Shown here piece by piece: positions 39,533 to 52,535 of a stretch of DNA of 64,000 nt; the stretch's first letter is position 1; the number at the start of each line of letters is the position of its first letter. The stretch covers positions 30,396,628 through 30,460,627 of the forward strand of contig OZ037767.1 in assembly GCA_964035545.1 (NCBI GenBank), in the 5' to 3' direction. The DNA comes from Bugula neritina. Taxonomy: Eukaryota > Animalia > Bryozoa. The position numbers and the translations under genes were made by a program. The notes below the pieces were generated by a model. The model ran no database searches, was not told the DNA's origin, and worked only from the letters and a program-made list of their open reading frames with translations.

Positions 39533-42500
39533 TTACTGGCTGCATCTGTCTTGCACAGAAATGCGTACGTTTCGAGAATGACCAGCATAGTAGATCTTCT
39601 GGGCAGTTTGCTCATCATCCAAGACAAGCTCTTCAGCTACAAAAGATAGTGGCAGTAGGTAAATGTGTGGATCTCGTATTTTTGTTTAAATTTATCATTT
39701 ACTAGGACTAGCATGAACCAGAGCTAATGAAGCTATTAAGTGCTATTAATTGCAACACAGGTTATAATCTACTCCCATACCTTGCCAGAATGGGTAAATG
39801 TTCATCCTCTTGGCAACCTTGTCAGCCACACATCTGGCAGGGACAGTAATAACTCTTCTGGTATAGTAAGAGCAGGCATCACTGCACACATAGTAAGGCT
39901 CAGCAGTTACACAGCTGTAGAGATTACCATCAACCTCCCCAATATGGCTGACATACTGAAATGTATATATAAAGTAGATGTATGAAATAATCTATAGCAT
40001 TATCTGGTGAACAAATACACATGCATTAACTCCATTAGAACCAACATTTAAGCATTCAAAAAATTGAGGCAGTTATTAGGAAGCTCACTCTGTACTTCTG
40101 TTCTCTTTGGCAAATACCGTCTTTGGAATATTGGTTTGTAGGTTGTGCGGTCATTGGGCATCCAGATTTGACGGAGTATTGTTGAGCAATTTGCCAGGCC
40201 AAGTCATTGGAAGGTTTAGGAGGGAGTTGAGTCTCGGGTGAGCAGATTCCACAGATCTCATCTTTCTGGTTTTCTTGAACCTAAACAGAGTCAATGAAAG
40301 CATGAAAAGTAAATCGAGTGACTATATGAGAAAAAATGAAATAAATGGTTTCAAGTCTTGTTAAGAAAGAGAGAAAAACTAATCAATACCTCAACGGTTA
40401 GTATTCCATTGTAAAGCTTAAGATAAGCTCCATGCTCGTAGCTGTAAAGCTCAAATCTAGATCCTTGGCACTCAACCAGAGCCACTTGTCTCCTCTGATC
40501 CCAGATTGGTACATGTACCAGCTCACTGATTGGTCGGATTGTTCCATTGATTTTCACTTGGAACTTGTTGTTTTGCACAGATTCAACATCAATCCATTGG
40601 CTGCCAATATTTACTTTGAGAATCTGCAACAAGTTTCAGACATGAGAGGTAGCCAGAACATAGTACAGTTTTTACCAATTTAAAATAATCAGAATGTTGT
40701 CACAAGTTTTAGAATTGTATACATTGTAATTTTGGTTACTGGCAGGAAGGAGATCAGGCAAACAGCACTATGCCACAATTAGATATATCTAATATAATAT
40801 TATTGTAATGATTGGAGTGTTGTGTTTGATAATGACATGGTCAACTAGAAAATATGGTGTTAATTTACCTCGGGAGCAGTAAAGCTTTGAGATGGTTGAA
40901 CAGTCACAGCGAAATTGGTTTTTCCACTCTGGCAGTTTCTGGCCAATACAACCTCACAAGATGTTTTAGGAAGACTGAGATGCTTTTGATCAAAAGTCAA
41001 CACAGATGGGTAAGCATAGTTGCACACATCTAAAACAAGAAAGTAGCAATACAAGATATATAAGCAAATTGCTAATCGATGATGAATTCAAATACAAAAA
41101 GCTAAGATTTATAAGACAACTAGAGCTCTAGAACTTACGTCTTCTGGTTACATCATAGTATCTCATTCCGTGATCATATGAAGGTAGAGAGTGGATTGAA
41201 GATCTAGCTCTAAAGAGAGTCATATTGGGTTGTCTGTTTTCAGTGACATACTGATTGAGTTTAGTGAACACGGGGGCATAAATCCTTGAGTAGTTACCAA
41301 TGTATTCTGGGTCTCGCAAAATAACATCAACCTAAAATTTAGAATATGAATATTGAAGCCAACAGTTTTAAAACAAGTTGAATGTTTATAAAAACAAGAA
41401 TATGAAGAATCATTCAGTAAATATGCATACTTGGCTTTCCATTGGCCAAACAACAAAGTCAATATCAATGGTCTTTTCAGTGTTATATCTTCTTCTGTTC
41501 TCGTTGGGATACATGAAAATCGACTGGGCACAGTTCATTAACCACATAGACAAATTTCGTCCAAAGTTTGGTGGGATTTCGACATTTCTAGTTTCAACAT
41601 GCATGGAGTTGTTGTACCATATTGGAGTGAAAACTCCATAATCATCTTTACAACCGTAAACAGAAGAGTTGTGGCAGATGTTGTCTTTGGAGGTTGGCCT
41701 AAACTTAATAGTTGCCTAAAAAAACCACCATTGCATATTTAGAAGAAAAGCAATACATGACTTGGATTGCACCAATTTTAACAACCTATAGCAAACCGTA
41801 GAATATGTTTATTACTTACAGTAAGACCATGTTGTTCTGGCTGCGATTTTGAGCCCCAGTTTATCTCATGAGTTTGCATAATGTGTCCATTTCCAGAGTC
41901 AAGTGTGCTGGTGATCTTATTAACCAGTTGCATGTACTCGGTTTCTGCAGGTTTGATTGGTGGACGTTCCAAGCACCACAGAGATTTGGATTGTGGCTGA
42001 TCGGGCTCGTAGTAAGTAGTCCAGTTGGCAGACATGTTGAGAACTCGGTTATCCAGAACAGTGGCAAGACTGCATGAGATGTTGTGTCCCATGGCACCCA
42101 GAGATGGCATGTACAGTGTTCTACAAACAGACATAATATGCTATTCAAAACAAATCAAGTTGACTTACCTAAAGCATTTCTATTTTATGGCAGAAGCCAC
42201 ATCAATATTACAGTAAATATAGTAAAATCGAATGCAATACCTATCCTCAGACAATGAATCTTGAGCATTGAAAAGGTAACCAAAGAAACTGTCCTTGTTG
42301 CTGGAGTATTTTTGTTCTTGAGTCAAAAATTGTTCTCTGTGTTCAATATCGGATGAGTTGAAGAAAATGCTGGAATATCTTGAGCAGATCTTTTTAACAG
42401 CAGGTATAGCTGCAATAAGCAGGAAAGTGAAACATGTTTATTTTGCATACAAATTATAAAATCAATCTTCTGGTGCAGATTTGTCAACAATGTAGTTAGC

Positions 42501-45500
42501 AAACAAAAATTGTATTCTGAATTTGCAGAGTCAAGTTACCTGGTCTATAACTAAGCTTAAGGTGCTGCTTGTAGGCATTGAAGAAAATATCTGGCATTTT
42601 TAGATCTCCTTCAAGCTACAATAAAAGCATCACTGCAGAATTTCATATTGAACATAAAAAGTTGAAGTGATCAATATAAAAGATACGCATCTGCTAGAGT
42701 AAGCGTAGGGCTACACGACGCGATTTACTCGTGCGGGACAAGCGGGAAAACTTGTCCAGCCCAAAAATGGGATGTTGTGTGCGTATTTTCATGCATCTAA
42801 CATGCTGAGTGGGAAGTGCGACAAGCTCGTGTGTGTTTGATCTAATTAGCTTATTACCATGTAATATTTAGCGAGCGCACTTGTTTTTATTTTAATTCAC
42901 GGTTTAGCTTGTAGCGAACTGAATTAAAACAGTTTCATATAGTTTGCATTTCCGCTAAAGTCACTTTGCCGATGACGTAGTTTCAAAACAGTAGTTTAAA
43001 AGCAAACGTCTGTAGGCGAGCAGTAAAGTTTAACGCTAACATCATTAGCTAATAAATTTCTGCACTCACAACGCATGCATTGTGTGTGGCAGGTCTCAAC
43101 GGGTTTTCTCGCATGTCACGAGCAAGTAAATTGCGTCGTGTGGCCCTACGCTAACACATCTAAGTTCTGACCTTTCCTTCCATCTCAATGCTTTTATAGA
43201 TTGGCAAATCAATGGTAAAATTTCTTCTTCCTGATTCATCAACTTTGAGTTCTTTGCAGATATCCATAAAACGGGCAGCAGTAACAGGTAGTCTCTTTGG
43301 TTGTACAAAGGTCACGGAACGTGCGAGCCATTCAAAATAATCGTTATACTTCTGAATAACATCACATAAAACAAGCAAGAATTGCTAATGAGTAAGTTTC
43401 TATAAAAACAGTGTTGAAATAAAACCTCTTTGGTGAGTTGGGCAAACATTTTTATCAACTATTATCTGAACTATTCTGTGTATGGAATATGGTAAACAAC
43501 AAAAGTCTTCAGTCAACTGCAATCTAATGCAGATATTTAGATGTAATAAAAAAGATTAGAAAAGTCAAGATGTCACACTCACATTGTCGGCCGGGTTTGT
43601 CCGGTTGCAGGCTAGATAGCTTTGTTGCCAATTCAAGGTACAGATTGTTTCAGATGACTTGCTGTAAGATTGAACAGTTGCAGAAGTTCTGAAACCAGAG
43701 TAGCTGAATCCCATGTCCATGTAGGATGACAGGTGAGTTATATAACTGGCCCTGCAAAGTTTTATGAATTGTTAAGGTGCATGTATGAGTTGTTGGTATT
43801 TACCACATTATATCCAGACTCAATGCACAAAGTCACAATAACTAACCTTTCACCTGATGCTTTTTGAAAAAAATCTATCTAGTCTAAATTAGCAACCTTT
43901 GACTGATTTGTTATGGCATTAGCAGATTAGTTTTTTTAGTAAACCATGACTGTGATGTTTCTCCTAGAAGTTTATGCTAAGTGTTGTACCTGACAGGTTT
44001 GCTAGACTCAAAAGTGACAGCTGGAAGGCGTTTAAGACTTTCAAAGTTAACTTTAAATGTTCCTTCAATGTCCATGACAAACACGGGAGTGTGTTCATTA
44101 ATCAAATATCCACCACTTGGCAATAGAGAACTGACTCTTCTTGGTTGCATCCACATAGTACGGAACATTTTGACAGGAACCTCCAAGACACCATTGTTAG
44201 ACACTGTACCAACAAATATTTCAAGTTAATCACTAGAATGTGTTTATAAAAAAGTAGAAGAGTTGACAAAAACATAAATCTTTAGTTCCAAACACTTTAA
44301 ATGGGACTACAAATGGAATTACGTACAAGACTGTTTTAGCCAAAATTGCAGTGTTGTGGAATCAACGTGGATGAATGATACTTCTTGTCCCAAGACCTTC
44401 CAGTAGAATGTCAAGCTGGGTTTAGAGTTCCTCAGCAGGTTCAATAGAGACTGTTCACTGTGTTGAGAACTTGGGTTGAACAGCTCTTCCATTTCTTCAG
44501 CTCGATAACCAACCTTTAGAAAACACAAGAAATACTAGCTAAAAATAAAACATTTGGATGCAAAGCAAATTTTTGTTGCTGCTTCCGATTCAAGACTAAA
44601 AGCTAAATAAACATAAAGTGAAACATACTTCAATCAAGTGATTGTATTGGCCGTTCCATTGAGTGTTATATTGTCTGATGGAAGCATATTCTGGAACAAG
44701 CCCACTACTGGTCTCAACTCTGCTAGTTTTGATCACTTCTCCTTGAGAATTCCATCCGTACAACATCTGCCAGTCTGAGGTTCTGTAGGACATGCGGAAG
44801 GCTCGCACAGATTTCAAGGTCTCTCTGATTCTCATTTGACTGAAGCATAGCATGAAAACTTCATTGAAATAAAGTATTGGTACTGATTAGATAAACTGAT
44901 AACTGAGTTAGTAATAGTAGTTGTTAGTTGTCAATAAAAAAACATCAAAGAAGAAAGTTACATACTGTCTTAAATCTCGTCTCAGTTGTTTTTCTAGAAA
45001 ATTTTTCATGTATTGTACAGCAAAGGTTTTGAATTCAACATCTGGTTCTTCATTCAGACATTTCTGCAACTCGATGAGTGGTGTGCTAGATTGGCATTTC
45101 ATCAGAATAACAAAAGCAGCAACTCTGACTGAGGTCTCCTCTTTTCTGTTCATCATAATTGGCATAAGAGTCTGAGCAACCTAAATGTATAAACAAGTCA
45201 CTCATAATATTTGTAATCAAAACATTGAAACTTTAACAAGAAATTTTTATAAATTTAGCACTATCTAAGATCTACCTGAAGTTGGTCTTGGATTCCGAGG
45301 TAAATTAAAGAGTTGATAGCCTCAATTCTTACAATCTTAGACTCGGTGTTAGCCATATAGGGATGAATAACTGTGGCAAGACTTCCAATGCTGCCCATAT
45401 TAGCAAAACTCTTTAGGCATGTGATTTTATCTTCATCATTCTTGGCAGCTTTAAGGCGTCTTTCAACATACTGCAAAATTATGTTAGGGTGTGATTAGTC

Positions 45501-48500
45501 TGCTTTGATTTTTGTCAATTATCATTATAGAATATGCTTTTTTGGTATTATGCTTATGTGCAACCTTTATCTGAAGCATAATCAGTACAATAAAAAAGTC
45601 TGAATATTATACCTTCTCGTGTCTGTGGCACTCTTCAATGCGTGCTTGATGGAAAGCTTTGTCAGCGGGATACACACACTGGTCAATCAAGATCTCTTCG
45701 TTGTGGATAAATCGTCTAACCATGGATCCAAAGCAAAGCATGGCATGCTGGTAAATGATTTTTCGAGATGGGGCAGTGGTGGAATCTCTAGGCAAGATGG
45801 TTTTCTGAAGCGGAAGAGCAACACTGTAGTTATAACTTTGAAGTATAAAACTTTCCTCACCGGGTTTAGTTATTAAAAGAGTTATTTTTATAAAAAGCTT
45901 CTGCTAACCTTAAATTCTTCTAGCATTTCAAGCGTTGGGACTTTCTCAGCAGCCCACTGGATGAGCACAAAGCTGGCATCCTCAGTAGTGAGTTCTCCAT
46001 TTCCAATCTTTTCAATAAGCATGTTATCAGCTTCAGTTGTGTTGGCAATTTTCAAGACATCAAGGAAGGTTTGCCTAACAGTAGAGAAACAAATGTTTAT
46101 AACAGTACTAAAAACTGAGATACACAAAAACTGTACTCCACTGATGTAACATTCATATCTTACAACTGTTTACGCATGGCTGGTTTGTTCTGCAGCTTGG
46201 AGTAGATGGTATCTAGCTGAGGTCGGGTACAGAGTCGTACGTTAGCCTGAAGTTGAATGAACAGTGGCACGTGATCTTCAAACCTCTCTGGTACAGATGC
46301 AACAGCCTCAATCTCCTGAAGTTGCTTCTCAGTCTATAAAATACAGCCAATCTCTAGGCAATAAAAGCAAAAGAAAACTATTTATTGAGGTTATACAGTT
46401 TTAGTTTTTAATTCACTAATCATAAACATTAAGTTGTAACATACAATTAGTTCAACAGCGAGCGGAAACAAGTACACAATACAACAAATTGTCCAAATTG
46501 AAACATTTACAATTAATGCTTCGTACTGGTTCTACAAAAAGACATGGTGTAGAGACTTTGTATTGTTATATATCGAAAGGACAACTCCTTGCTGCTGATT
46601 CCCACTATGCATCACGACACGATGTCTACATTTGCAGCAGATCAACTATCGTGATAGCTGACAACCGTAATTTGTAGCGTCTCTCCTATACTCGGCCTGA
46701 CAGTAATTACTATGCTACTAATGTAGGCTGTGAACCAAAGCAAAACTAGTTAATTAGAGATAATAGCTAGCGTGCTTGAATAGCCAATCAGCTAAGAGGA
46801 GGAGCGAATAACTTGTGCTGGTAGTTAGCCGCTTGACTAACCGGCAGAGTTGGAAAGTGCTAATGTATATGTATGTATATTGTATCTCTCTATTATGTAA
46901 CGTGTTTTGAATAGTTGTATTTTTTATTTGTATCTGCTTTGAATAAAATAAATAGTTAGTAATCGCAAATCTGGAGAAATAGCTTTGCCTAAATAGACCC
47001 AATAATTACAAGTGAAGCATAAATTCACAACAATAAATTGACTTTATTTCCTATCAAATGAATACATGTAATTTAAAAAGTCAATGGTGGCTTTCAGACA
47101 TTGTTAAATCGGATTTGTTACCTGCTGAATGAGTTCGGCCTCAGCCATCATCAGCTTCTCCTCATCTTTCTTCAGGATCTCCATTCTCCATGGTTCAGAC
47201 ACAGTCTTCATAATCACTAATCGTGAACGTGTAGAAGGTGCAGGTTTCTCTCCTGTCATTATGAGAGTCTGATTTGATGTGGTGAGGAGGAACTTATGAG
47301 GAGCATTTGGAGCCTCAATCTTGTGCTCAACTGACATAACAGCAGATTTGATGACCAGGTCTTTCTCATTTTTTGATGAGAGCTCATAATCACATCTGGT
47401 GACAGAGAATGCCTGTAATGAAATCATGTTCATATTAATATTTTTATTGTGTATGTGTTGGCAAAGAACATTTCATCTTTCTAGTTTTATTCACAAAATT
47501 TAAACATACACATAATAAACTTACAAATTCGGTTGCGTTTCGAAGGCTAGAGATGGGAGCACATTGACAAGCCTCATTGTTCATGTTTCTATGACAGTCA
47601 CAGTTATACTGATGCTGTTGGAAAGCGTTCTTGTCAAGAGCGTTCAGCTTCACACATTTGACTTGGTCTCTAAATTTGACGACCTTTACAAGAAAAATTT
47701 ACTTAAATAAATAATATCGCTTAGGGTAACAAATTGTAAACATTGAGATTCAAACAAATGTGAACTGTGAACTAAACAATTATCTGGTAGCTTACTCTGT
47801 ATGTGTTGGCTTTATTATTCTCATCAACGTAGGTGTGGAAGGTGCTGTAACAAGACCCTTCCAGTCCAGCCTCCAAATCATCGAAAGTGGTAGTGTTTTG
47901 GCTAGACAGATCGCTGTATTGGAGCAATCCATCAATGCTGGGAGTGTTTGATTGAAGTCGTACTTGGAACATAGAGAGGACAACTCTCTTGATGTTAATA
48001 GACCAGTTGGTTTCCTCATCAGCAACCTTCATGCTTACCACTTTGTTGTCTTTGTATCTGAAACAGCAACAGTCCAACAATATTTTCTATTGTCTCTGAG
48101 TAACAGAAAGTCGAGTTAGATTTTCTGACAGCTGGTATCTCAGTTTCACATTTTACTGTGCTGAATACTCACTCAAACTCAAGTGGAAGGAGAAGTTTTC
48201 CATGAATGAGTCTGCTGTGATCTGATGGCAACTCTTCAAACATGGCGAGAGGAAGTTGCATGGTTGGAGGAAGATTGCAACTTTCTTGTATCTCATTATT
48301 CAATGAGTACAGTCTTACATTCTTCATCTACAGTTGGTAATTTAGTAACTGATTGATATGATTATGATATGACTTTACGTGATAGATTTTGAACTGCTTC
48401 AATAAGCAAATAGAAACTAAGTTAGTAGCCTATTTCTAATAAAAGAATATAAAAACAAAACATTAGCTCTATAAAAGATTACCTCCAAGGTCATCCAATT

Positions 48501-49084
48501 AGCACTGTCAACAGTGAGAGTCAAGTCACATCTGATCTTGATTCCAGCATATTGTTTGCTGAAGGTTGGAAGTCCAGTCATTACTTGAGATTCATATTGG
48601 TATTCGTAGACGGTTCCGGGTTCATATTCTGTAGGTGGACAAAGAAGTTTGTAGATAACATTAAATATACATTAAAGCTTGCTCTAAGTTGGTATTGCAA
48701 AGTTTCTACATTATAGAAATTAAATTAACTTTTACTATGCAATGCTCGACTTACTGGTGTGAGTAGTTTGATATTGGTTGGCAGGTCTGGAGCCACTTGT
48801 TCCCCATTTTGGCCAGCAGGCACCTATATTTAAAACAATATTTCATATTTAGAGATGTTACTTTTTGATTATAGGAAGTAACATTTACTAACCTATTAAA
48901 CTTAAAGCATATAAAATAATAAAATTATACCATAAATCTTTTTGGTGAACTGCTAGCTGGACTGTGATTATCCAAGAATCTTGACTACTTAGCTTAAAAC
49001 AAAATTATTCAATACTTCTAAACAATAAAGAATAGTTGCAAACTTACATGTAGCCACAAGGGCTGTGAGTATGAGTAACTTCAT
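39533..49084 (-). CDS. Vtg: Vitellogenin-like gene, copy B (same exon architecture as A)
   Basis: ATG at 49084 (MKLLILTALVAT), stop TAA at 39533-39535 after ...QDRCSQ. Exon translations align one-to-one with copy A; no stops or frameshifts in the exons inspected. AATAAA (minus strand) at 39343-39348. Confidence 0.9.
42703..43151. mobile_element. 449-bp MITE, PIF/Harbinger (Tourist-like), in intron 17 of Vtg copy B
   Basis: About 50-bp imperfect TIRs GCGTAGGGCTACACGACGCGATTTACT... / ...AGTAAATTGCGTCGTGTGGCCCTACGC; TAA target-site duplication at 42700-42702 and 43152-43154; the homologous site in copy C (catctgctagagTAAcg, ~57721-57737) is empty. Confidence 0.88.
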
Positions 49085-49365
49085 GGTGAGACAGCTGCTG
49101 CTAGCTTTGAGTGTTCAATGCTAATCAGCAAACAAAATGAAGAACCAGCTCTCAGCCACTGCCTTTTATACCAAATGCTGTTCAGTTTACTCAGTATTGT
49201 GCTAATCTTGGCAGAGATTTACAGCTTTTACATACAGTAGAGTTACATAAATATAAGGGATACAGACACCTGTGTCAGCTGCCAACAGGTTGTGCAACCA
49301 GGTGAAGTTGCTGAGTACTTGAGACTGTGACAGCCAAAATTAGACACCTGTTGACTGCTGCTCTC
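49085..49365 (-). promoter_or_regulatory. Promoter and 5'UTR of Vtg copy B
   Basis: TATAAAA (minus strand) at 49164-49170; homologous to the copy A promoter block. Confidence 0.78.
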
Positions 49366-49540
49366 ATACAATATTCTGAGTTTTGAAGCCTAAGTCCATA
49401 AACCAAACACAAATATGATATTTATATACCTCTGTAGAAAAATTAAAGATATTATTGCAATTTATTGCTAGGAGTGGCAATCTTTACGGATCGCCTTTTT
49501 GTATTGTTCTATACTTTGCTGGTTCTAGAATATACTCTGC

Positions 49541-49717
49541 CACACACACACACGCACGCACATGCGCGCGCGCACACACACACACACACACTCACGCACA
49601 CACACCATTATATATATATAATGGTGTATACACACACACACACGCGCGCGCACGCACGCACGCACACACGCGCACACACACACACACAAAAACACACACA
49701 CACACCATTATATATAA

Positions 49718-49796
<79 letters not shown>

Positions 49797-49946
49797 GGTG
49801 TATAGTTTACCACTAAAAAGAGCGCAATGCAGTGCAGAGCAGAGCGAATAAAAGTGTTGTATGATAAAATTCGATTTAAAACACTTTATTACTATTAGTT
49901 TTATGTGCATTATATATACACAATCATAAGATAAAATGTTCACATT

Positions 49947-49995
<49 letters not shown>
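49541..49995. repeat. Compound (CA)n/(CG)n/(TA)n microsatellites
   Basis: Directly visible; explains the spurious HT/YI-repeat ORFs. Confidence 0.95.
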
Positions 49996-50001
<6 letters not shown>

Positions 50002-50045
50002 GTATACGAGAAACATTGTTATTTATTACTTTATTAGGTAAAGTA

Positions 50046-50094
50046 ATTACACTGATATTTCGGGTACCACTGTACCCATCTTCAGAGTAGCAAT
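50046..50094 (-). ncRNA. Minimal type I hammerhead ribozyme (pLTR copy, sense to the element ORF)
   Basis: AUUGCUACU-CUGAAGA-U-GGGUAC-AGUG-GUACCC-GAAA-UAUC/AGUGUAAU: conserved core, 6-bp stem II, helix I pairing. Confidence 0.8.
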
Positions 50095-50349
50095 GAATGA
50101 AATTCAAAAATTATTATGTTATGTTAGACGTTACGCATGACACAAAGAATAGAGAGTGGCAGTTATTGTAAATCATTGAAACTTAAGGGAGATAATCTTA
50201 TTTTATATATTACGCAGGTCAAAAATTATACTGATTTTTTTTGCATAAAAAATAAATTAGAGTTGACAAAAAAAAAAAAAAAAAATAGATATCCAAATAT
50301 AAAAACAGCAAGAATTAGTGAAACTATGTGAGAGTTGAGTAGTGTGGAG

Positions 50350-50598
50350 CTATTGATATAGTTTTAGTGGTATGGAGTAATTTTGTTTATTGAGTTGCGG
50401 TTTTATTTGTTTAATGTAGAGAGCTTCGGCTACTTTTCGATGGTGGATTCCTTTAAATGAATGATTTAAAACTGTTACATTGTCTATTGATATGTTTCCA
50501 TGATTAGTAGTAGAGATGTGTTGATAAATTTTGGAATTGATGTCATGGCAGTGTTCATGTATCCTGTGTGATAGGCGACGTCCGGTTTCGCCTACATA
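50350..50598 (-). pseudogene. GIY-YIG endonuclease C-terminal fragment of a Penelope-like element (82 aa, no start codon)
   Basis: YVGETGRRLSHRIHEHCHDINSKIYQHISTTNHGNISIDNVTVLNHSFKGIHHRKVAEALYIKQIKPQLNKQNYSIPLKLYQ*; matches the YIG.T.R.L..R..EH...H...R...EA..I....P.LN pattern. Confidence 0.87.
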
Positions 50599-50776
50599 TG
50601 TTTGTCAACTCTAATTTATTTTTTATGCAAAAATAATCAGTATAATTTTTGACCTGCGTAATATATAAAATAAGATTATCTCCCTCAAGTTTCAATGATT
50701 TACAATAACTGCCACTCTCTATTCTTTGTGTCATGTGTAACGTCTAACATAACATAATAATTTTTGAATTTCATTC

Positions 50777-50825
50777 ATTGCTACTCTGAAGATGGGTACA
50801 GTGGTACCCGAAATATCAGTGTAAT
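50777..50825 (+). ncRNA. Minimal type I hammerhead ribozyme (inverted pLTR copy)
   Basis: attgctactCTGAAGAtgggtacagtggtacccGAAAtatc/agtgtaat; predicted cleavage after C50817. Confidence 0.8.
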
Positions 50826-50907
50826 TACTTTACCTAATAAAGTAATAAATAACAATGTTTCTCGTATACCTATTTATAATCAAATTGCTAGCTCGTAAAG
50901 ATATATT

Positions 50908-50947
<40 letters not shown>

Positions 50948-51822
50948 ATTCAAAAAAGTAAAGGAACCTTTGTACTACCTTCTACACGCACTACACTTTA
51001 TTTTACAAATTTACTCATGGATATCAGTTAGTCTACTATCTGAATAGAACTGACTAGCTGAACTGTTTGGCATGGACTGCATATTTTAGTAATAATAGCT
51101 ATAGTAGCCCCTAATAGCTATTTGAAATAGCTTTTCCCAATTCATCAATTGACAGAGGTAGCCCAGGCATTCGCAATCCTATTTAAGATAGCTACTGTAA
51201 TCTAAACTCCAATTGTTATTTGAATCCAAATTATTTATATAGATATATCCATTTTAATGTTGCAAAAGTACAAAACTGTCTTGAATTAATATTAGTTTCC
51301 TTGGTTCTGACTCTATACAATGACATGCAAATTGTTTTACTATTGGAGTTTCACAGCCCCTTTAGAATGTATATATAGCTAATGTTATATGATTACATAG
51401 AAAAATATGACCTTTTCTTACAGACCACGTATTGCCATTTCCTGTTTATATCAATTAGGCTGGTCACATTGATACTTTGAGTAGCGTCAAAATTCTAATA
51501 TAACTCTTACAATTTAATTTTCCAACCAATCCTATAGCCATAATCCTATAGTCATAAAAGAAGAACAAAAGTTTTTACGCATGTTTTTAAAAAACTGAGT
51601 CACTTTGAAAATAACGGTGATGGAAGCATCTGTCATAAATTTTATTTCATCAAGTTTTCAAAGATCAATGGTGATTAAAGATATTACCTACACCCATCAA
51701 GTTCTTTTTCTAAGTTAATGATTTTGTATTTTAGTGTAATTTGAGATAAAGTTTTCTTAACTGCTGTTTTTCTACTGCTATTTTAGTGATGCTGCAAAAG
51801 TACACAATTTATAAAAATTTTA

Positions 51823-51890
51823 CCCCCCCCCACTGGGATTCGAACCCAAGACCTCCAGCTAACCATTAAACCACAGGGACTACTGGGTAA
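51823..51890 (-). mobile_element. tRNA-derived (SINE-like) fragment
   Basis: B-box GGTTCGAATCC with a T-arm stem (51836-51846, minus strand); no complete cloverleaf. Confidence 0.45.
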
Positions 51891-52535
51891 TCTAGGCACT
51901 ACACAATTTTTTCTGCTAATAAAAAAGCTTTCATAATCCAAATGTAATTCGTGTTCAATATTTGTTTAAACTAGCATTTAGCTTCCTGAACTTTCACATG
52001 ATATCCCACATCTTTGGTTTGTTTAAACAACCTCTGTACTTTGTATTATAAGTCATCATGCATAAGTCGGAATAACCTGATCATTTTTATATTCTTTCTG
52101 TAAATAATTACTTGGCCATATAATTATTTACGTGATACTTGCGACAGTGTAATTGGGATTTAAACTCTTGCAAAATCTTAAAGCACTCTGCAGTTTATTT
52201 CTAGGTACTGTAAGTACTAATAAGTTCTTTTAGGAAGAGCGACTTGCTTCTGTAGAGTAGTAGATCTGTGTAAATTTAAGTTTACATCATGAAATAACTG
52301 TATACAACTTAAACTCATATCTGTGCAAATGACTACATAACGTCAGGATTGTGTGTAATTCCATGGCTAAAACGAACTGGTTAAGATTATTAAAGAACTT
52401 ATTATATATACATTAGTGTTTATGTTTGTTCAAAAACTTGAGTACTGTAAAATTTCAGTATATGATGGTTTTGTTAGTTTAAAAATTGCCTGTAACATGG
52501 ACTTTGCTATGGAATTGAAGCAATGTTTTCCATGA

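Larger units (their letters stand above)
49993..50910 (-). mobile_element. 5'-truncated Penelope-like retroelement with an inverted pseudo-LTR, inserted in (TA)n
   Basis: 278-bp inverted repeats (49993-50270 and 50601-50878, about 3 mismatches) flank a GIY-YIG C-terminal fragment; each repeat contains a hammerhead motif; (TA)n on both sides. Confidence 0.85.

Noticed and set aside
49455-49943. His/Thr- and Tyr/Ile-repeat ORFs
   Set aside because: Translations of (CA)n and (TA)n microsatellites.
50137-50331. 64-aa + strand ORF
   Set aside because: Lies in the non-coding pLTR of the Penelope-like element; the meaningful frame is on the minus strand.
51823-51890. tRNA gene
   Set aside because: Only the T-arm/B-box is recognisable; no acceptor stem or D-arm. 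Kept as a low-confidence SINE-like fragment.
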